Shown: positions 14,856 through 29,690, counted from the first letter of the stretch. The stretch is 64,000 nt of DNA from Eledone cirrhosa (GCA_964016885.1 OZ024740.1:305970001-306034000), one strand, 5' to 3'. The notes: a model not told the origin generated them from the sequence alone. Numbers and translations are program-made.

Positions 14856-15507
14856 GATTCTACGAAGCAGATTTTCCTATAGTCATTTAACATCGAATTT
14901 CTTCGTTTGTTGATTTAGATCCTGTTGTTGTCATTCCATGAGTGGTCAAAAATTGTACACGTCACCGGTATTTCTAGCCACTCATGGTTACCCACTTCTT
15001 GCTTCCTCTCGTTCTCCACCTGTCAATCAAAATTTCTTCATATATCAAAATTACTACTGTGGTGGGAGAGGGGCTGTAATCTTGAACGGCTGGCATCACT
15101 TCGACGTCTTCATTGCCCCTGGGCGCCTTAGTCAACATCGGTCAGGTACACACCCGCTATATGCGGCATTCATCATAAATAATGTTTTACGGGAACTTAA
15201 AAAAACAAACAAATCCTGGGGATATTTAGCGTAACATTTGTAGGACGAAGCCTTAGGATACACTCCGCCAGACATATAGGATACACTCCACCATATATAT
15301 AGGAAAATGTGTAAAATCCTTGGTACAGTTAGGTATATTTAAAAAAAAGAAAAGAATGACTTCAAAAGAAAACAGGAAGACGTAACATTGGTTATTTTGA
15401 AGTAAGTCTTCCTGCTTGGTATTTTTCGTAGAAATATCAAGATGTTTCTGCATTGTGGTTTAAAGTCTGAAGAGTGCTCAACCGAAGGAACCAAATGGTA
15501 ATAATAA

Positions 15508-15571
<64 letters not shown>

Positions 15572-15588
15572 CATTGGTGAGTGAATAA

Positions 15589-16712
15589 TAATTGTTTCTA
15601 CTTTTGGCACAAGGCCAGCAATTATCCCAGTGTATTACTGATACTTTATTTTATCGACCCCGTATGGATGAAAGGCAAAGTTGACCTCGGCAGGATTTGA
15701 ACTCAGATCATAAAGGGACGTATAATAATAATATTATAATAACATTATTAATATTAAAATCCCGCCGAGGTTAATTTTGCCTTTCATCCTTACGGGGTCG
15801 ATAAAATAAAGTACCAGTAATGCACTGAGTAATTGCTGGCCTTGTGCCAAAAGTAGAAACAATTATTAATATTTGATTAGGGCAGTGGATTGGCAGTATC
15901 GGTAGAGGGTCGGACGCCATGCTTTGCAGCATAGAGTTACGGCCCTTTAAGGTCCGAGTTCAAATCCCGCCCAGGTTCGATAAAATAAACCACCAGTAAT
16001 GCACTGGGGTAATTGCTGGCCTTGTGCCAAAAGTAGAAACAATTATTAATATTTGATTCCTTTGCAAGCAAACAGACTCGTAAAGTCATGTGTTCTATAC
16101 GACACACGCCATCACTTTGTTCCAGCGGTAACAGAGAGAAAAACAATCTATAATTGTTTTAATAGTTCGAAAATTTGAGCGGCACACATAACGTTTATTT
16201 ATGTTTTCAAAAGCTGTTTGATTTAGCTCGATATTTAGACGGTAACATATTTCTGATTTTTTTATGACACTGATTAAAAAGTTTGGGAAACGTCCAACAT
16301 TTATATCTTAAGTCACCATCTCATCTAAACTATAATTGTTTCTACTTTTGGCTCAAGGCCAGCAATTACCCAGTACATTACTGGTACTTTATTTTATCGA
16401 CCCGGTAAGGATGAAAGGCAAAGTTGACCTCGGCGAAACTATAATAAAGGAAGGTCTGCGGGATTGTGTACGGTTTATTTCTTTTAATCCAGTTAGTAAA
16501 ATAAGTTGGGTTACTTTGAATAAATAATTGTTTCTACTTTGGGCACAAGGCCAGCAATTACCCAGTGCATTACTGGTACTTTGTTTTATCGACCCCGTAA
16601 GGATGAAAGGCAAAGTCAACCTCGGCGGGATTTGAACTCAGATCGTAAAGGGACGTAACTATGCTGGAAAGCATGGCGTCCGACCCTCTACTGATACTGC
16701 CATTCCACGCCC
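15589..16712. mobile_element. Cluster of five Deu/Nin-like SINE copies (15589-15721 -, 15757-15868 +, 15880-16048 +, 16333-16434 -, 16525-16712 -)
   Basis: Shared core and tail motifs. Confidence 0.88.
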
Positions 16713-17009
16713 TTTGAATAAATAATGAATAAATATTACATAATTTATGTACTAAATTTCGTAAACATAAATAATTTCGTAAAAATAAATAATTTAAAAT
16801 TGATTTCTTTTTAAAGTTGCACTTCCGGTATATCGTCGTCACCACCACCACTTCAACTACCATATATATAGAAAGAGAGAGTGTGTGATGAGATAGATAG
16901 AGAGATTATCATTTTCTACACGCTGAGGCGTATGAGTGTGCACATACATGCATCTATATGTATGAGTATATTACTATAATCGCGCAAACACAAACTTATA
17001 AAAATACAC

Positions 17010-17332
17010 GGACATACATTCACACAAATAAACATACATTCACACAAATACACATACATTCACACAAATACACATACTTTCACACAAATATACATACTTT
17101 CACACAAATTTACATACTTTCACACAAATATACATACTTTCGCACAAATATACATACTTTCGCACAAATATACATACTTTCACACATATACATTCACACA
17201 TACTTTCACACAAATATACATACTTTCAAACATATACATTCACACATACTTTCACACAAATATACATACATTCACACATACTTTCACACAAACATACTTA
17301 CATTCACACATGCATTTACACAAACACACACA
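17010..17332. repeat. About 20-bp minisatellite CACACAAATATACATACTTT
   Basis: Tandem units. Confidence 0.9.
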
Positions 17333-17424
17333 TAGTCATGATAACAGCGTTCGCTGAAATTGGAAATGGGAGGGTAAAACAAGTATAACGTTTTATTTAT
17401 TTATTAACTCTTTATTTATTTATT

Positions 17425-18078
17425 AACTCTTTTTTTTTTAAACTCATTTAATATAATGGTTACAGAATGAAAACACTAACAAATATATAAAGGAAAGGGA
17501 AAGGAAAAAAAAAGAGAAAAAGTACACAAGCAGGTAATACACACATCTTAGACCATAGAACAATATGCAGGCGAAAGAGTGGAGAAAAAACGAGCCGCTA
17601 CCAGGGCAAAATATAGCAATATAGCGAGGAGCACCGGGAAATCTCTCTAATAATTTTTGAGGCAGACCAGCACGCTCGCAGCGTTACCTGGGGTGATGGC
17701 GAGGCTGAGGTGCTAGAAGAACCAAGTGCCCCCACGAGCATCACCAGTTACCTCTGTTTGGCGAGCCGCCAGTGAAGATAAGAATCTCGCTGTCAGTAGC
17801 CCGACTCCCCCAAACGTCCCGAACGCCACAGGCTGGATAATGTAGTTAGCTGACAGAGCACAGTATTTTAGGATTTTGTTCCGTTCAGCTGCGAATGCTG
17901 TAGCTCTCGCCCTTACCGCTGCATCCAGAATGTGGGAAGAAGCAAAAGAGTCACTAACTATGACGTCCCAGGAGCACAGAGTAAGACCGTCAAGTCTTTT
18001 CCCATCAATTCAGGACAACCCAGACGGTTCCAAAATTGAGGGGATGTTTGCCCGGGCCAAAGCTCCTGAGTGGTAATA
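17425..18078 (-). mobile_element. 3' end of CRE-clade non-LTR retrotransposon (degenerate RLE domain, 3' UTR, A-rich tail)
   Basis: Minus-strand translation ALARANIPSILEPSGLS*IDGKRLDGLTL..WDV..KILKY..QPVAFGTFGG..LSLAITPGNAASVL resembles CRE RLE C-termini. Confidence 0.8.
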
Positions 18079-18239
18079 GGACAGCGTGTGTCTGTGCACG
18101 CGCACGTGAGTTTGTCGGCGTTCTCAAATTAGAGAGACGTGTGTGTGTGTGTCTGTTTTCAAGTTAGACATATATATGTGTGTATCCCTTTCCTTCCTTT
18201 TACACACACATACATTCACACAAACACATATACACATTG

Positions 18240-18682
18240 CGTGATGGACGGGTGAACAGAATTCCATCAAATTTATATAAATGTGAATGGAGTTCTACTG
18301 AAGCAGTTAGAGAAGTTCAAGTATCTTAGATCCGTGTTCATGAGTGATGGAATGCAGGAGGCTGAATTAAGTGCAAGAATTGCAATAATGCGCCAGCCCC
18401 AGCATTCAGCAATCAGAAGAAGGGGATAAGTGTAAAAGCCAAATTCGCTGTCTTCCTGGTATTCCTGCCAACTCTTACCGAGGATCATGAATCTTGAGTA
18501 ATGATCAAATAAAAGTGGCAGAAATGGGATTCCTCCGAAGGGTCTTTGGAGTAACGTTACTCGATAAAGTCAGAGACCAGAGAGTCACTCCTGGTAGAGT
18601 CGCTACTTCTCCGAATTGAGAGATCACAACTCCGATATTATGGTCATGTGGTTAGAATGTCTCAGTAAAGAATCGCTGGACA
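18240..18682 (+). mobile_element. Degenerate RTE (Expander-like) LINE fragment
   Basis: LKQLEKFKYLRSVF, AEMGFLRRVFGVTLLDKVR, LLRIERSQLRYYGHVVRM peptides. Confidence 0.8.
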
Positions 18683-18689
18683 CATAATA

Positions 18690-19870
18690 AATAATTATTG
18701 TGGGTAAAGTGGTGGGTAAAATTATTATTGTGGGTAAAATAATTATTGTGGGTAAAATGGTGCGTAAAATAATTATCGTGGGTAAAGTGGAAGTAAAATG
18801 ATTATTGTGGGTAAAAAGTGAGTAAAATAATTATTGTGGGTAAAAAGGTGGGTAAAAAGATTATTGTGGGTAAAGTTGTCGGTGAAATGAATATTGTGGG
18901 TAAAGTGGTGAGTAAAATGATTATGTGGGTAGAACGGTGGGTAAAATAATTATTGTGGGTAAAAAACGGACATCCCCAAATAGAAAACGGACCCCCAAAT
19001 AAAAAACGGACCCGCCCAAATAAAAAAAGGATTATTGTGGGTAATTGATGGGTAAAATAAGTATTGTGGGTAAAGTGGTGGAGGAAATGATTATTGTGGG
19101 TAAAATTGTGGGGAAAATAAGTATTGTGGGTAAAAATGTGGGTAAAATGATTATTGTGGGTAAAGTAGTGGGTAAAATGATTATTGTGGGTAAAGTGGTT
19201 GGTAAAATGATTATTGTGGGTAAAATGGTGGTTAAAATTGTGGGTAAAATGATTATTGTGGGTAAAGTGGCGGGAAAAATGATTATTGTGGGTAAAGTGG
19301 TTGGTAAAATGATTATTGTGGGTAAAATGGTGGTTAAAATTGTGGGTAAAATGATTATTGTGGGTAAAGTGGTGGGAAAAATGATTATTGTGGGCAAAGT
19401 GGTGGGTAAAATAATTATTGTGGGTAAAATGGTGGGTAAATGATTATTGTGGGTAAAGTAGAGGGTAAATGATTATTGTGGGTAAAATGGTTGGTAAAAT
19501 GATAATTTGGGTAAAATGGTGGTTAAAATTGTGGGTAAAATGATTATTGTGGGTAAAGTGGTGGGAAAAATGATTATTGTGGGCAAAGTGGTGGGTAAAA
19601 TAATTATTGTGGGTAAAATGGTGGGTAAAATGATTATTGTGGGTAAAGTAGAGGGTAAATGATTATTGTGGGTAAAATGGTTGGTAAAATGATTATTGTG
19701 GGTAAAATGGTGGGTAAAATGATTATTGTGAGTAAAATGATTATTGTGGGTAAAATGGTGGGTAAAATGATTATTGTGGGTAAGTGGTTGGTAAAATGAT
19801 TATCGTGGGTAAAATGATTATTGTGGGTAAAGTGGTGGGGAAAATGATTATTGTGGGTAAATAGTGGGTA
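18690..19870. repeat. About 30-bp minisatellite GGTAAAATGATTATTGTGGGTAAAGTGGTG
   Basis: Tandem degenerate units, interrupted by an AAAACGGACCCCCAAAT-type repeat at about 18960-19030. Confidence 0.93.
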
Positions 19871-20297
19871 AATATATATATATATTTCTCTCTCTCTCGT
19901 CTACGATTTCACAGAACTTATGTTCACCGAATTCACAGACTAGACCCCCCTTCTTCCTCCCGTTAGACCTATGCGAAATTCCTTCCTTGCTCACATTTCA
20001 ACCAGGTTTGATGGTCTTTATTCTCTCTCGTTCACGATTTCACCGAACTTATATTCATGGAAATTTTTGGACTTGACTCGCTCTTCCTCATTTTTCGTTG
20101 CTTCACCATCTTTGTTTGTTTACACTCTCGCTGTTCCCTTTATTTACATGTCCCAAAGACTTTCTTTAGCCGTTACTCGCACCAACCGGAGGTATATGGT
20201 CTTTAAAGCGAAGAAATACCGATGATGGTTGGAAGATCACTGATGAAGGACCACTTTATTCATATGTAACCCATTTGCAACTCCGCAGCACGTTTAT

Positions 20298-20342
<45 letters not shown>

Positions 20343-20343
<1 letters not shown>

Positions 20344-21165
20344 GGGGTAACAGATTATTGTTATAGGTAGTCCACCTAAGTGTAGTTCAGTTATGGTACT
20401 CCGGGTAGTGGATGATATCAACGCTTGGCTAAGTTTGACTCAACAAGGCGTTTCCATAGTGATGTTGCGAGTACGCTGTAATTCCTATGTTGTAAACACT
20501 TGGAGTAATGATAAATCAGGAAAGAAGAGTGACACGGTTTGCTATACAAAAAAAGGTTTTTAATCTCATTGCTGACAATTGTTTCTCTGAACTGGTAGGT
20601 CTAGAGATCGCTACCCGCTTGTTTTCACGTTATTCGATCACCAAAACCCACCATAACACCACAAATATTACTATCCTCACTACAGTAATACATTTTTCAT
20701 CTGTCAGATAATAAATGATTCTTACGGCCACCAGACCTACATTGTTTAAAGCCACCGGCTTATCTTTACACTATATATAATACACCCCATGACAGCCTTT
20801 ACATGTCAATTTTATACATCTGCCTCATGTCAGCTAGTTTTACACGCTAAAATCGTAGATATACTATATTTCCCACCTAGATTGATGTTGTGATTATTTC
20901 AAATAATTTATTGCTAGCATTGTTAGTATTGTTGTTATTGTTCTGATTGAATGCCATTACTACTATATATAGTAGCCATGCCTGTATATTCCTTTCATTC
21001 TCACAAGCTCCGATCAACTGACTGGTTACAACTTTGTATTGGTGATCGAATAACGTGAAAACAAGCGGGTAGCGATCTCTAGACCGACCAGTTCAGAGAA
21101 ACAATTGTCAGCAATGAGATTAAAAACCTTTTTTGTATAGCAAACCGTGTCACTCTTCTTTCCTG

Positions 21166-21171
<6 letters not shown>
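20343..21171. mobile_element. (TA)n-flanked element with about 133-bp inverted repeats (20511-20643 / 21039-21171); related to 53466-53959
   Basis: Arms complementary; contains HHR 3' half GAAACAATTGTCAGC; left portion homologous to 53466-53630. Confidence 0.75.
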
Positions 21172-21222
<51 letters not shown>

Positions 21223-21296
21223 TGAAGTAATTCCGTCGGAAAAGTCCAGGAAAAAAGAGTGCTAATAGTTATGTAATAAACAACATAAGGCAATTA

Positions 21297-21356
21297 TTCT
21301 ATTTACCAGTGGTTTCTTAAAAGCAAAAAATGTTGCTTTCAATCATCAGAATGAAA
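21297..21356 (-). ncRNA. Type-I hammerhead ribozyme (family D)
   Basis: Mirror of 21382-21441: AUU CUGAUGA UUGAAAGCAA..UUGCUUUUAA GAAA CCACUGG UA AAU. Confidence 0.78.
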
Positions 21357-21381
21357 AAATCCTGGTGTCTATACAGGATTT

Positions 21382-21441
21382 TTTCATTCTGATGATTGAA
21401 AGCAACATTTTTTGCTTTTAAGAAACCAGTGGTAAATGGAA
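21382..21441 (+). ncRNA. Type-I hammerhead ribozyme (family D)
   Basis: UUUCAUU CUGAUGA UUGAAAGCAA-loop-UUGCUUUUAA GAAA CC-AGU-GG UA AAUGGAA; GUA site. Confidence 0.85.
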
Positions 21442-21466
21442 TAATTGCCTTATGTTGTTTATTACA

Positions 21467-21538
<72 letters not shown>

Positions 21539-21605
21539 TTAAGAACTCAGGGTAGTCCCTTACAATTAAATAGCTCTAAGAAAAAAGCTTTTCCGAGCCG
21601 TAAAA

Positions 21606-22059
<454 letters not shown>

Positions 22060-22420
22060 TTATATATATATATAAATGTATATATATATTTATGTATACA
22101 AATAGAAACAATTATTATACCAACTGTAAATGAAGTCATAGAAACTGTTATTTCTCTGAGTAACAATACAGTAAAATGTCGTATTTATGAGACTACAGAT
22201 AATAACTTCAGAAGTTCAATAGTGTAACTATTCTATCCAACTCGTGATCAATGTTTAGAAATTTTAATATTCTCATTGTCTTCTTAAATTACTGCAGTTA
22301 CAGTAAAAAATATAGTTTTGATGAATTTCTCTTTGCAAAATAGCTTAAAAAACAATATTTTTCTGAAACGTTTTTAAAATGACACTCCTCTTAACATTAT
22401 TACGATAGTTGATAGAAAAT

Positions 22421-22792
22421 CAGGGTGGAGAGGGAAGTGCTGCCTTCCAGCCAGTTTGTTGAAAGGTGGGTGAGAGAGGCAAGAATGGCCCGTGTGAATG
22501 GGCCTGCCCTGAGTATGTTCCTGTAGTATTGTAGGGGGAGTACTGGGAGAGGGCGCTTGCCCTAGCGGTCGGGGTGACCGTGGCTTTTGTTTGGTTTCTC
22601 CACGAGTAAGCCTTGTTGCCCCCCCCCCCCCCTATTGGGGAGTTTTCCTTTGTTTCAATTTTTTTGTTACATCTTTTGTTTTTGTTTCCTTTTTTGTTTT
22701 TACACACAGAAACCCATATTTGTACCGTCCTGTACCGTCCTATGCTGTCCTTAATGTATTTTTTGTAAACCCTTTTGAAGTTAATAAAGAAA
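22421..22792 (+). mobile_element. 3' end of L1/Tx1-like LINE
   Basis: RVEREVLPSSQFVERWVREARMARVNGPALSMFL* then T-rich UTR ending AATAAAGAAA; weakly similar UTR on - strand at about 55700-55860. Confidence 0.55.
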
Positions 22793-23193
22793 ACATTATT
22801 ACGGTAGTTGTTGCTGCTGTACTTAATAGCCAGGAGACGGTGTTAAACAGGGCAACAGTCTACCACCCAAATAATATATAGCGGGATTTGAACTCAGAAC
22901 ACAAACAGCAGAAATTCCTCAGTAACAAATATTAGAAACGCAATTTTAAAAGAAAAGAAAGAACAAAAGAGAGAGGAAGACACATGTGACTAGAAGTAAG
23001 AGGTGGTAATAGAAAAGAGAGAGTTATAAGGAGTAGACACACTCAGACATTGAGAAATATATTTGAAAAAAACAAACAAACAAAAACAGCTAAGCAGAGA
23101 TTTGATATATGTATTTCGTTTAATGTTTCAAGAAAGATAAATTCGATCTCAGCTAGATTCAAACACATACTGTAAAGGGAGGGGGGCTTAAAT

Positions 23194-23374
23194 AGTGGTT
23201 TCTGATTTAAGCACAAGGCCAACAATTTTGGGCAAAAAGGAAAGTCGATTAAATCGACACCAGTGCATTACTGGTACTTTATTTTATTGACCTCGTAAGG
23301 ATGAAAGGTAAAGCTAACCTCAACGGGATTTGAACTCGGAACGTAAAGGGACGTAACTATATGCCGCAAAGCAT
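23194..23374 (-). mobile_element. Deu/Nin-like SINE, 5'-truncated
   Basis: Core and B-box. Confidence 0.82.
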
Positions 23375-23880
23375 ACTCTACAAATAGTAACAATGTTATC
23401 AATGGTTTGAACCTACGATTAACTAAGTATTACACCTAATACAATTAAGATACACCAGGTATGAATACAAAGGAACCAAACTCCCACTTGTCACCACCTC
23501 CGTCTCTCCCGCTCTCCCCCATCTCTCCTTATTGCAAATGGGGGTCCACGCACTGGCTGCCCCGTGGCTACGGCGGACAGACTAGAGAAGGCGTTTCCCT
23601 GGAGAATGGTGAAGGAGACACCAGAAATCTCTACTGCCACGGGCTCGACCTAGCGAGTCACATGAAAAAGTATCAATCGAATTGAAATTACCGTTTAATA
23701 AGCTATATATACTGTGTGAAGATAGTTTACTAAAATGAACTATAATAGACCCGCGGACCAGTACTCTAAGGTTTAATAGAAATGAAGAAAAACGAACAGC
23801 TAACCAGTGATTTCACTCAAACTATATTCAATTGAATATTTAAAATAAAGGCATTTCATATCCTTTATATGTTCAAATAA

Positions 23881-24096
23881 CGGTTTCTGATTTAGGCACA
23901 AGGTCAGCAATTTCGGGGGAGGGGAAAGTCGATTAAATCGACGCCAGTGCGTGACTGGTACTTTAATTCAGCTACCCCGTAAGGATGAAAGGCAAAGTTA
24001 ACTCGACGGGATTTGAACTCAGATCATAAAGGGCCGTAACTCTATACTGCAAAGCATGGCGTCCGACCCTCAACCGATACTGCCAATCCACCGCCC
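23881..24096 (-). mobile_element. Full-length Deu/Nin-like SINE with 16-bp TSD
   Basis: TTATATGTTCAAATAA at 23865-23880 and 24097-24112. Confidence 0.92.
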
Positions 24097-24267
24097 TTAT
24101 ATGTTCAAATAATAAAAATAAAGTCGATCTCAGCGGGAATCAAACTTAAATGTCTGCATAAAAAAAGAGCAAGAAAATTGAAAACTGGTCAGTATGGCGA
24201 TCGATCTCACGATATCCTAAATAAATGAGTTAACTGGCCTTTCATTGTTTAGTCTTTAGAAATTAAG

Positions 24268-24747
24268 GAATGACTGAAAGAATACAATCGCGAATACAAG
24301 CAGCCGAGATGGGGTTACTCTGAAGTGTCTTTGAAGTAACGTTACTCGATAGAATGCGTAGCTCGGTGATAAGAGAGTAACTGAAGGTAGAGCCGTTACT
24401 TCTCTGAATTCAGAGATCATAGCCCCGATACGATGGACATGTAGTTAGAATGTCTCAGGAAAGAATCGCTAGAGAGATTTTACGGGCAAGACCAACAGGC
24501 AGGAGACCCAAGGGTAGATCCCGAGCAAGATGGTTGGATAACATACATGAGCTTGGCTGGTTTCGTTTGGGGATCCTGCCGAATCAGTTGGAGACGGTTG
24601 CTTCTGACAGGGCTAGCTGGAAGGAGTGTTTGAGGACTCTGACCCAACGACTCTCTCGGGAATAGTGGGCGGCGGCGGCGGCGGCGAAGAAGAAGAAGAA
24701 GAAGAAGAAGAAGAAGAAGAAGAAGAAGAAGAAGAAGAAGAAGAAGA
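24268..24747 (+). mobile_element. RTE (Expander-like) LINE 3' end with (GAA)n tail
   Basis: MTERIQSRIQAAEMG; GHVVRMSQERIAREILRARPTGRRPKGRSRARWLD. Confidence 0.85.
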
Positions 24748-24783
24748 TCACACACACATAAACATTTAGGAATATATAATATA

Positions 24784-25414
24784 CTAGCAGTGGTACCCGG
24801 CGTTGCACGGGATAAGGTATTTTGGAACGCGGGCCGCCAGCAGACCTAATCGTGGAAAAACTGCATGCCTGGACAATATGTAAAGAAAATAAACCGAATA
24901 CTCTGATGGCTGGATAATCTTTAAGATTTTCCTCGATGAAACAGGAAAAATGCAGGTTTTCACCTAGGGGATCAAGAAAATTAATTTTTTTTTATATGCA
25001 TAATATGCCTTGAAATTTCGGGAAAATCGGCTAGACGTAACGCCTCAAAATTTCCCTAAAAAGCTGAAAAAAATGAAGTTTTCATTAAAAAAAAAAAGTT
25101 GGATTTTCTTTGCTCACGGTATGAAGAAGAGACTGACTGATACATAGTTACAATTTAAAGCAAATCGGTCAGACGTAACGCCTCAAAAAACCCTAAAAAG
25201 CTGAAAAAACGTTTTTTTCACCTAATGGATCCTAGGGGATCAAAAAGTTGAATTTTATGTTCATAACATCCCTGAAACAAGTAATACACATGTAAAGTTT
25301 GAAAAAGGTCGGTTAGGTACGTCTCGAGTTTTAGGGATTCAAACTAAACACACACACACACAGACAGACACACACACACACACACACAGACATCCTCAGT
25401 TTTATATATATAGA
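24784..25414 (-). mobile_element. Non-autonomous Helitron
   Basis: Minus strand A|TCTATATATATAAAACTG ... CCCGTGCAACGCCGGG hairpin ... CTAG|T; internal duplicated AGACGTAACGCCTCAAAA..CCCTAAAAAGCTGAAAAAA. Confidence 0.85.
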
Positions 25415-25621
25415 TGATGCATATATATATATATATATATGTATGAATGAATGTATATATGTGTGTATATACGCATGCTTGTATATGAGTATATGCGAGT
25501 GTGCGCGCGCGTATGTGTGTGTGTAAGCATTGAAAATCAGTTGAAGATTTATGTTGTTACTCGGAGTTTCACACACGTAAAAAACACATGAGATTGGTAA
25601 ATATACATATATTATATATAT

Positions 25622-25658
<37 letters not shown>

Positions 25659-25720
25659 ATATATGTATATTATTCAAAATATTAACAAATGAAAAATATT
25701 CTCATAATCAAAATATATAC

Positions 25721-25780
25721 TTTATTATATATATTTCAAAGGCACTGTGTTGTTTTTTCAGTACGTCCTCATCAGACAAA
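25721..25780 (-). ncRNA. Type-I hammerhead ribozyme (family F)
   Basis: UUUGU CUGAUGA GGACGUACUG..CAGUGCCUUU GAAA UAUAUA UA AUAAA. Confidence 0.62.
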
Positions 25781-26064
25781 ATATATGATTTAATATATGA
25801 CATACCGCTACGGTCTTGATTATTCAATTCCAGTATTATATATATATAAAGAGAGGGAGGAGAGAGGGGGAGGAGAGAGGGGGAGGAGAGAGAGAAGGAG
25901 AGAGCAAGATAGGAAGAGAGGTAGTTAGGCATGCACACACATTCAAATACACACACACACACACACGTGCGCAGTTATATATATATATATTTACTACCCG
26001 GAAAGCTTTGTTCCTGGTATGATGGAAACCAGCCTTTTCTCTATTGGTGAGAATTTTATATTCA

Positions 26065-26271
<207 letters not shown>

Positions 26272-26285
26272 TATATATATATATA

Positions 26286-26441
<156 letters not shown>

Positions 26442-26487
26442 CGCACATATATGTATATATATATACACATATATGTATATATACATA

Positions 26488-26542
<55 letters not shown>

Positions 26543-27175
26543 CAAGTGCAGTAAGGTCTAAAACTTTTGATCTGAAATGTAAATAGATGAAAAAAAAAGA
26601 AAGGAAAAATAAGGGAAATTAGAAAGAATAAGTAAATAAATAAATAAAACAAGCAGGGTTTATTTACTTGACATTAAGGATCAAGACTAACCCGAGTGTT
26701 AGGGATTCTTTACGGTGGGAAGGAAGGATTAGTTTGGATAATCTCGTGCCAGCTAAGGGAGGTGGGGAGGGGATAGATATCGTATTAACGGAAATTCTGA
26801 TCCATGTAAGAATAAGTACCTCCACTTCTCTTTTTCTTTCTTTCCTTCTTTCTTTGCTTCTTTCTTTCTTTGTCCTTCATTTATTGTTTCTTTCTTTCTC
26901 TCTTTCTAACTCATGTTATTTAGACCACACGCGTGGAAATCATTGCATATTCATATGTGAACACACACAGACACGTCTCCCGCACACATATACACACAAA
27001 CACATCACACATACGTATAGACACACACACACACTAATACATTCACACAGGAACTCAAGTACGTTTATACATACATCTCCAAAATGGCTGACTAAATACG
27101 CACGTATGGGTTTTTTTCTCATTTGTTTTTCCGTCCCTTCCTCTTCTCACTCTTTATCTTTTATTTCTAACTCTA

Positions 27176-27211
27176 TCTTCTGACGAAGGACTAGTGTCCG
27201 AAATGTTAAAA
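27176..27211 (+). ncRNA. Minimal hammerhead (family A variant) in about 190-bp repeat 27100-27295
   Basis: UCUU CUGACGA A GGAC-UAGU-GUCC GAAA UG UU AAAA; degenerate relatives at 40821-40857 and 59208-59244. Confidence 0.6.
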
Positions 27212-27318
27212 CCCTTTTCCTGCTATTTCAAGCGTTAAACTAATATATTTTTTCAATGTCGTTTGCTTTGTTATTGCTGATAACTTTTTACATAATACAC
27301 ACACACACACACACACGC

Positions 27319-28180
<862 letters not shown>

Positions 28181-28257
28181 ATATATATATATATATATTG
28201 TTATACTTTGGGAGGGTCATGTTGCCAATAATGTCATGTGCTAAACAAATTCAGAAA

Positions 28258-28296
<39 letters not shown>

Positions 28297-28372
28297 ATAT
28301 ATATATAGAGAGAGAGAGATAAATAAAATTTAAGACATTATAATACAATACAATAGGAGGGAACATAATAGT

Positions 28373-28415
28373 ACCACTGATGATGTTGCAAATGTGCAAC
28401 GAAAGAACTTTGATA
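28373..28415 (+). ncRNA. Degenerate hammerhead (family B-like)
   Basis: CUGAUGA U GUUGCA-AAUG-UGCAAC GAAA GAAC UU UGAUA; perfect 6-bp stem II. Confidence 0.55.
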
Positions 28416-28610
28416 GACTATATATATATCTTTTTTTTTATATCTTTATTTTTTAACCGTTCGTCAATCAATGATAAACATTGATTTACCAAATAAATTA
28501 ACTATGGAGATATAAAAGATACAGAAGCGAAAACCAACCAAACAGTGAGTGTGTTCTGTTATTATTTCTGGCAATATCATTACAACAGTATGACTCTCCC
28601 CAAGTATAAC

Positions 28611-28662
<52 letters not shown>

Positions 28663-28762
28663 TGTATGTATGTATGCATATTTATATATATATATATATA
28701 GTAATATATATAGTTTCAGAAGATTCCGTTAAGCGATTCTTTGCTTAAACTTTAATCTGTTA

Positions 28763-28799
<37 letters not shown>

Positions 28800-28823
28800 T
28801 GTATATATATATATATATATATA

Positions 28824-28862
<39 letters not shown>

Positions 28863-28878
28863 TGTATGTTTGTATGTA

Positions 28879-28946
<68 letters not shown>

Positions 28947-28954
28947 TGTATGTA

Positions 28955-29000
<46 letters not shown>

Positions 29001-29253
29001 CATGATGTGTCCTTTATATTGTTGATGGTGATGATGGAGGTGATGGCAATGAATATGACGTCGAGGCTCCTGCAGATGACAACGATGAGAATGATGATGA
29101 TGATGATGATGATGGTACTGGTGATGGAGTAGTGGTTGCATTATATCCCCACTTTTTACGTTGTGTTCAAATTCCACCGGAATCAACTTTGCCTTTCATC
29201 TGTCCAGGGTGGATAAATAAAGTAAGATCCAAGTACTGGAGTCAATAAAACTA

Positions 29254-29420
29254 CCATATTTCCTGGCGCCGAAGACGCTTCGTCCTCGAGGACGCACCCT
29301 AATTTTGACAATCAAAAATTTGAAAAAAAATAATAAGCAACCTCCGGCCTCCAGGACGCATGGTAGAGTTTGAGACTTATTTTAGGAAAAAAGTAGCGTC
29401 TTCGACGCCGGGAATTACGG
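29254..29420. mobile_element. Tc1/mariner-superfamily MITE nested in an old SINE (about 29130-29470)
   Basis: TIRs CCATATTTCCTGGCGCCGAAGACGC / GCGTCTTCGACGCCGGGAATTACGG with TA TSD. Confidence 0.8.
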
Positions 29421-29474
29421 TAAATAACTTTCACATTTCTGGCATTGTGCCTATGTTAGAAGCAATTATATAAA

Positions 29475-29690
29475 CGGTGGAGGATTAGCAGAAGAGTTAA
29501 AGCGTCCAACGAACTGCTTTGTAGCATTTAGTTACTGATCTTTACATTCTGCGTTCAAATCCCACCAAGGTCAACTTTCCTCCTTCGGGGATCGACAAAA
29601 TAAAGTAGTAGTCAAGTATTGGGGTTGATTTAATTAATTTTGTCTTTCTTTGAAATTTGCTGATCATGTGCCTAAATTAGACCATTGTTA
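29475..29690 (+). mobile_element. Diverged Deu/Nin-like SINE
   Basis: Head, GTTCAAATCC, core remnants. Confidence 0.72.

Larger units (their letters stand above)
21266..21472. repeat. About 205-bp palindrome carrying two hammerheads
   Basis: Arms complementary around about 21368. Confidence 0.92.

Noticed and set aside
19032-19443. Repetitive GKMIIV/PTII proteins
   Set aside because: Products of a minisatellite whose unit length is a multiple of three
20236-20270. CTGATGAAGGACC hammerhead-like 5' half
   Set aside because: No GAAA, stem III or stem I partner downstream; likewise only 3' halves near 8455-8475, 33745-33765 and 34094-34110
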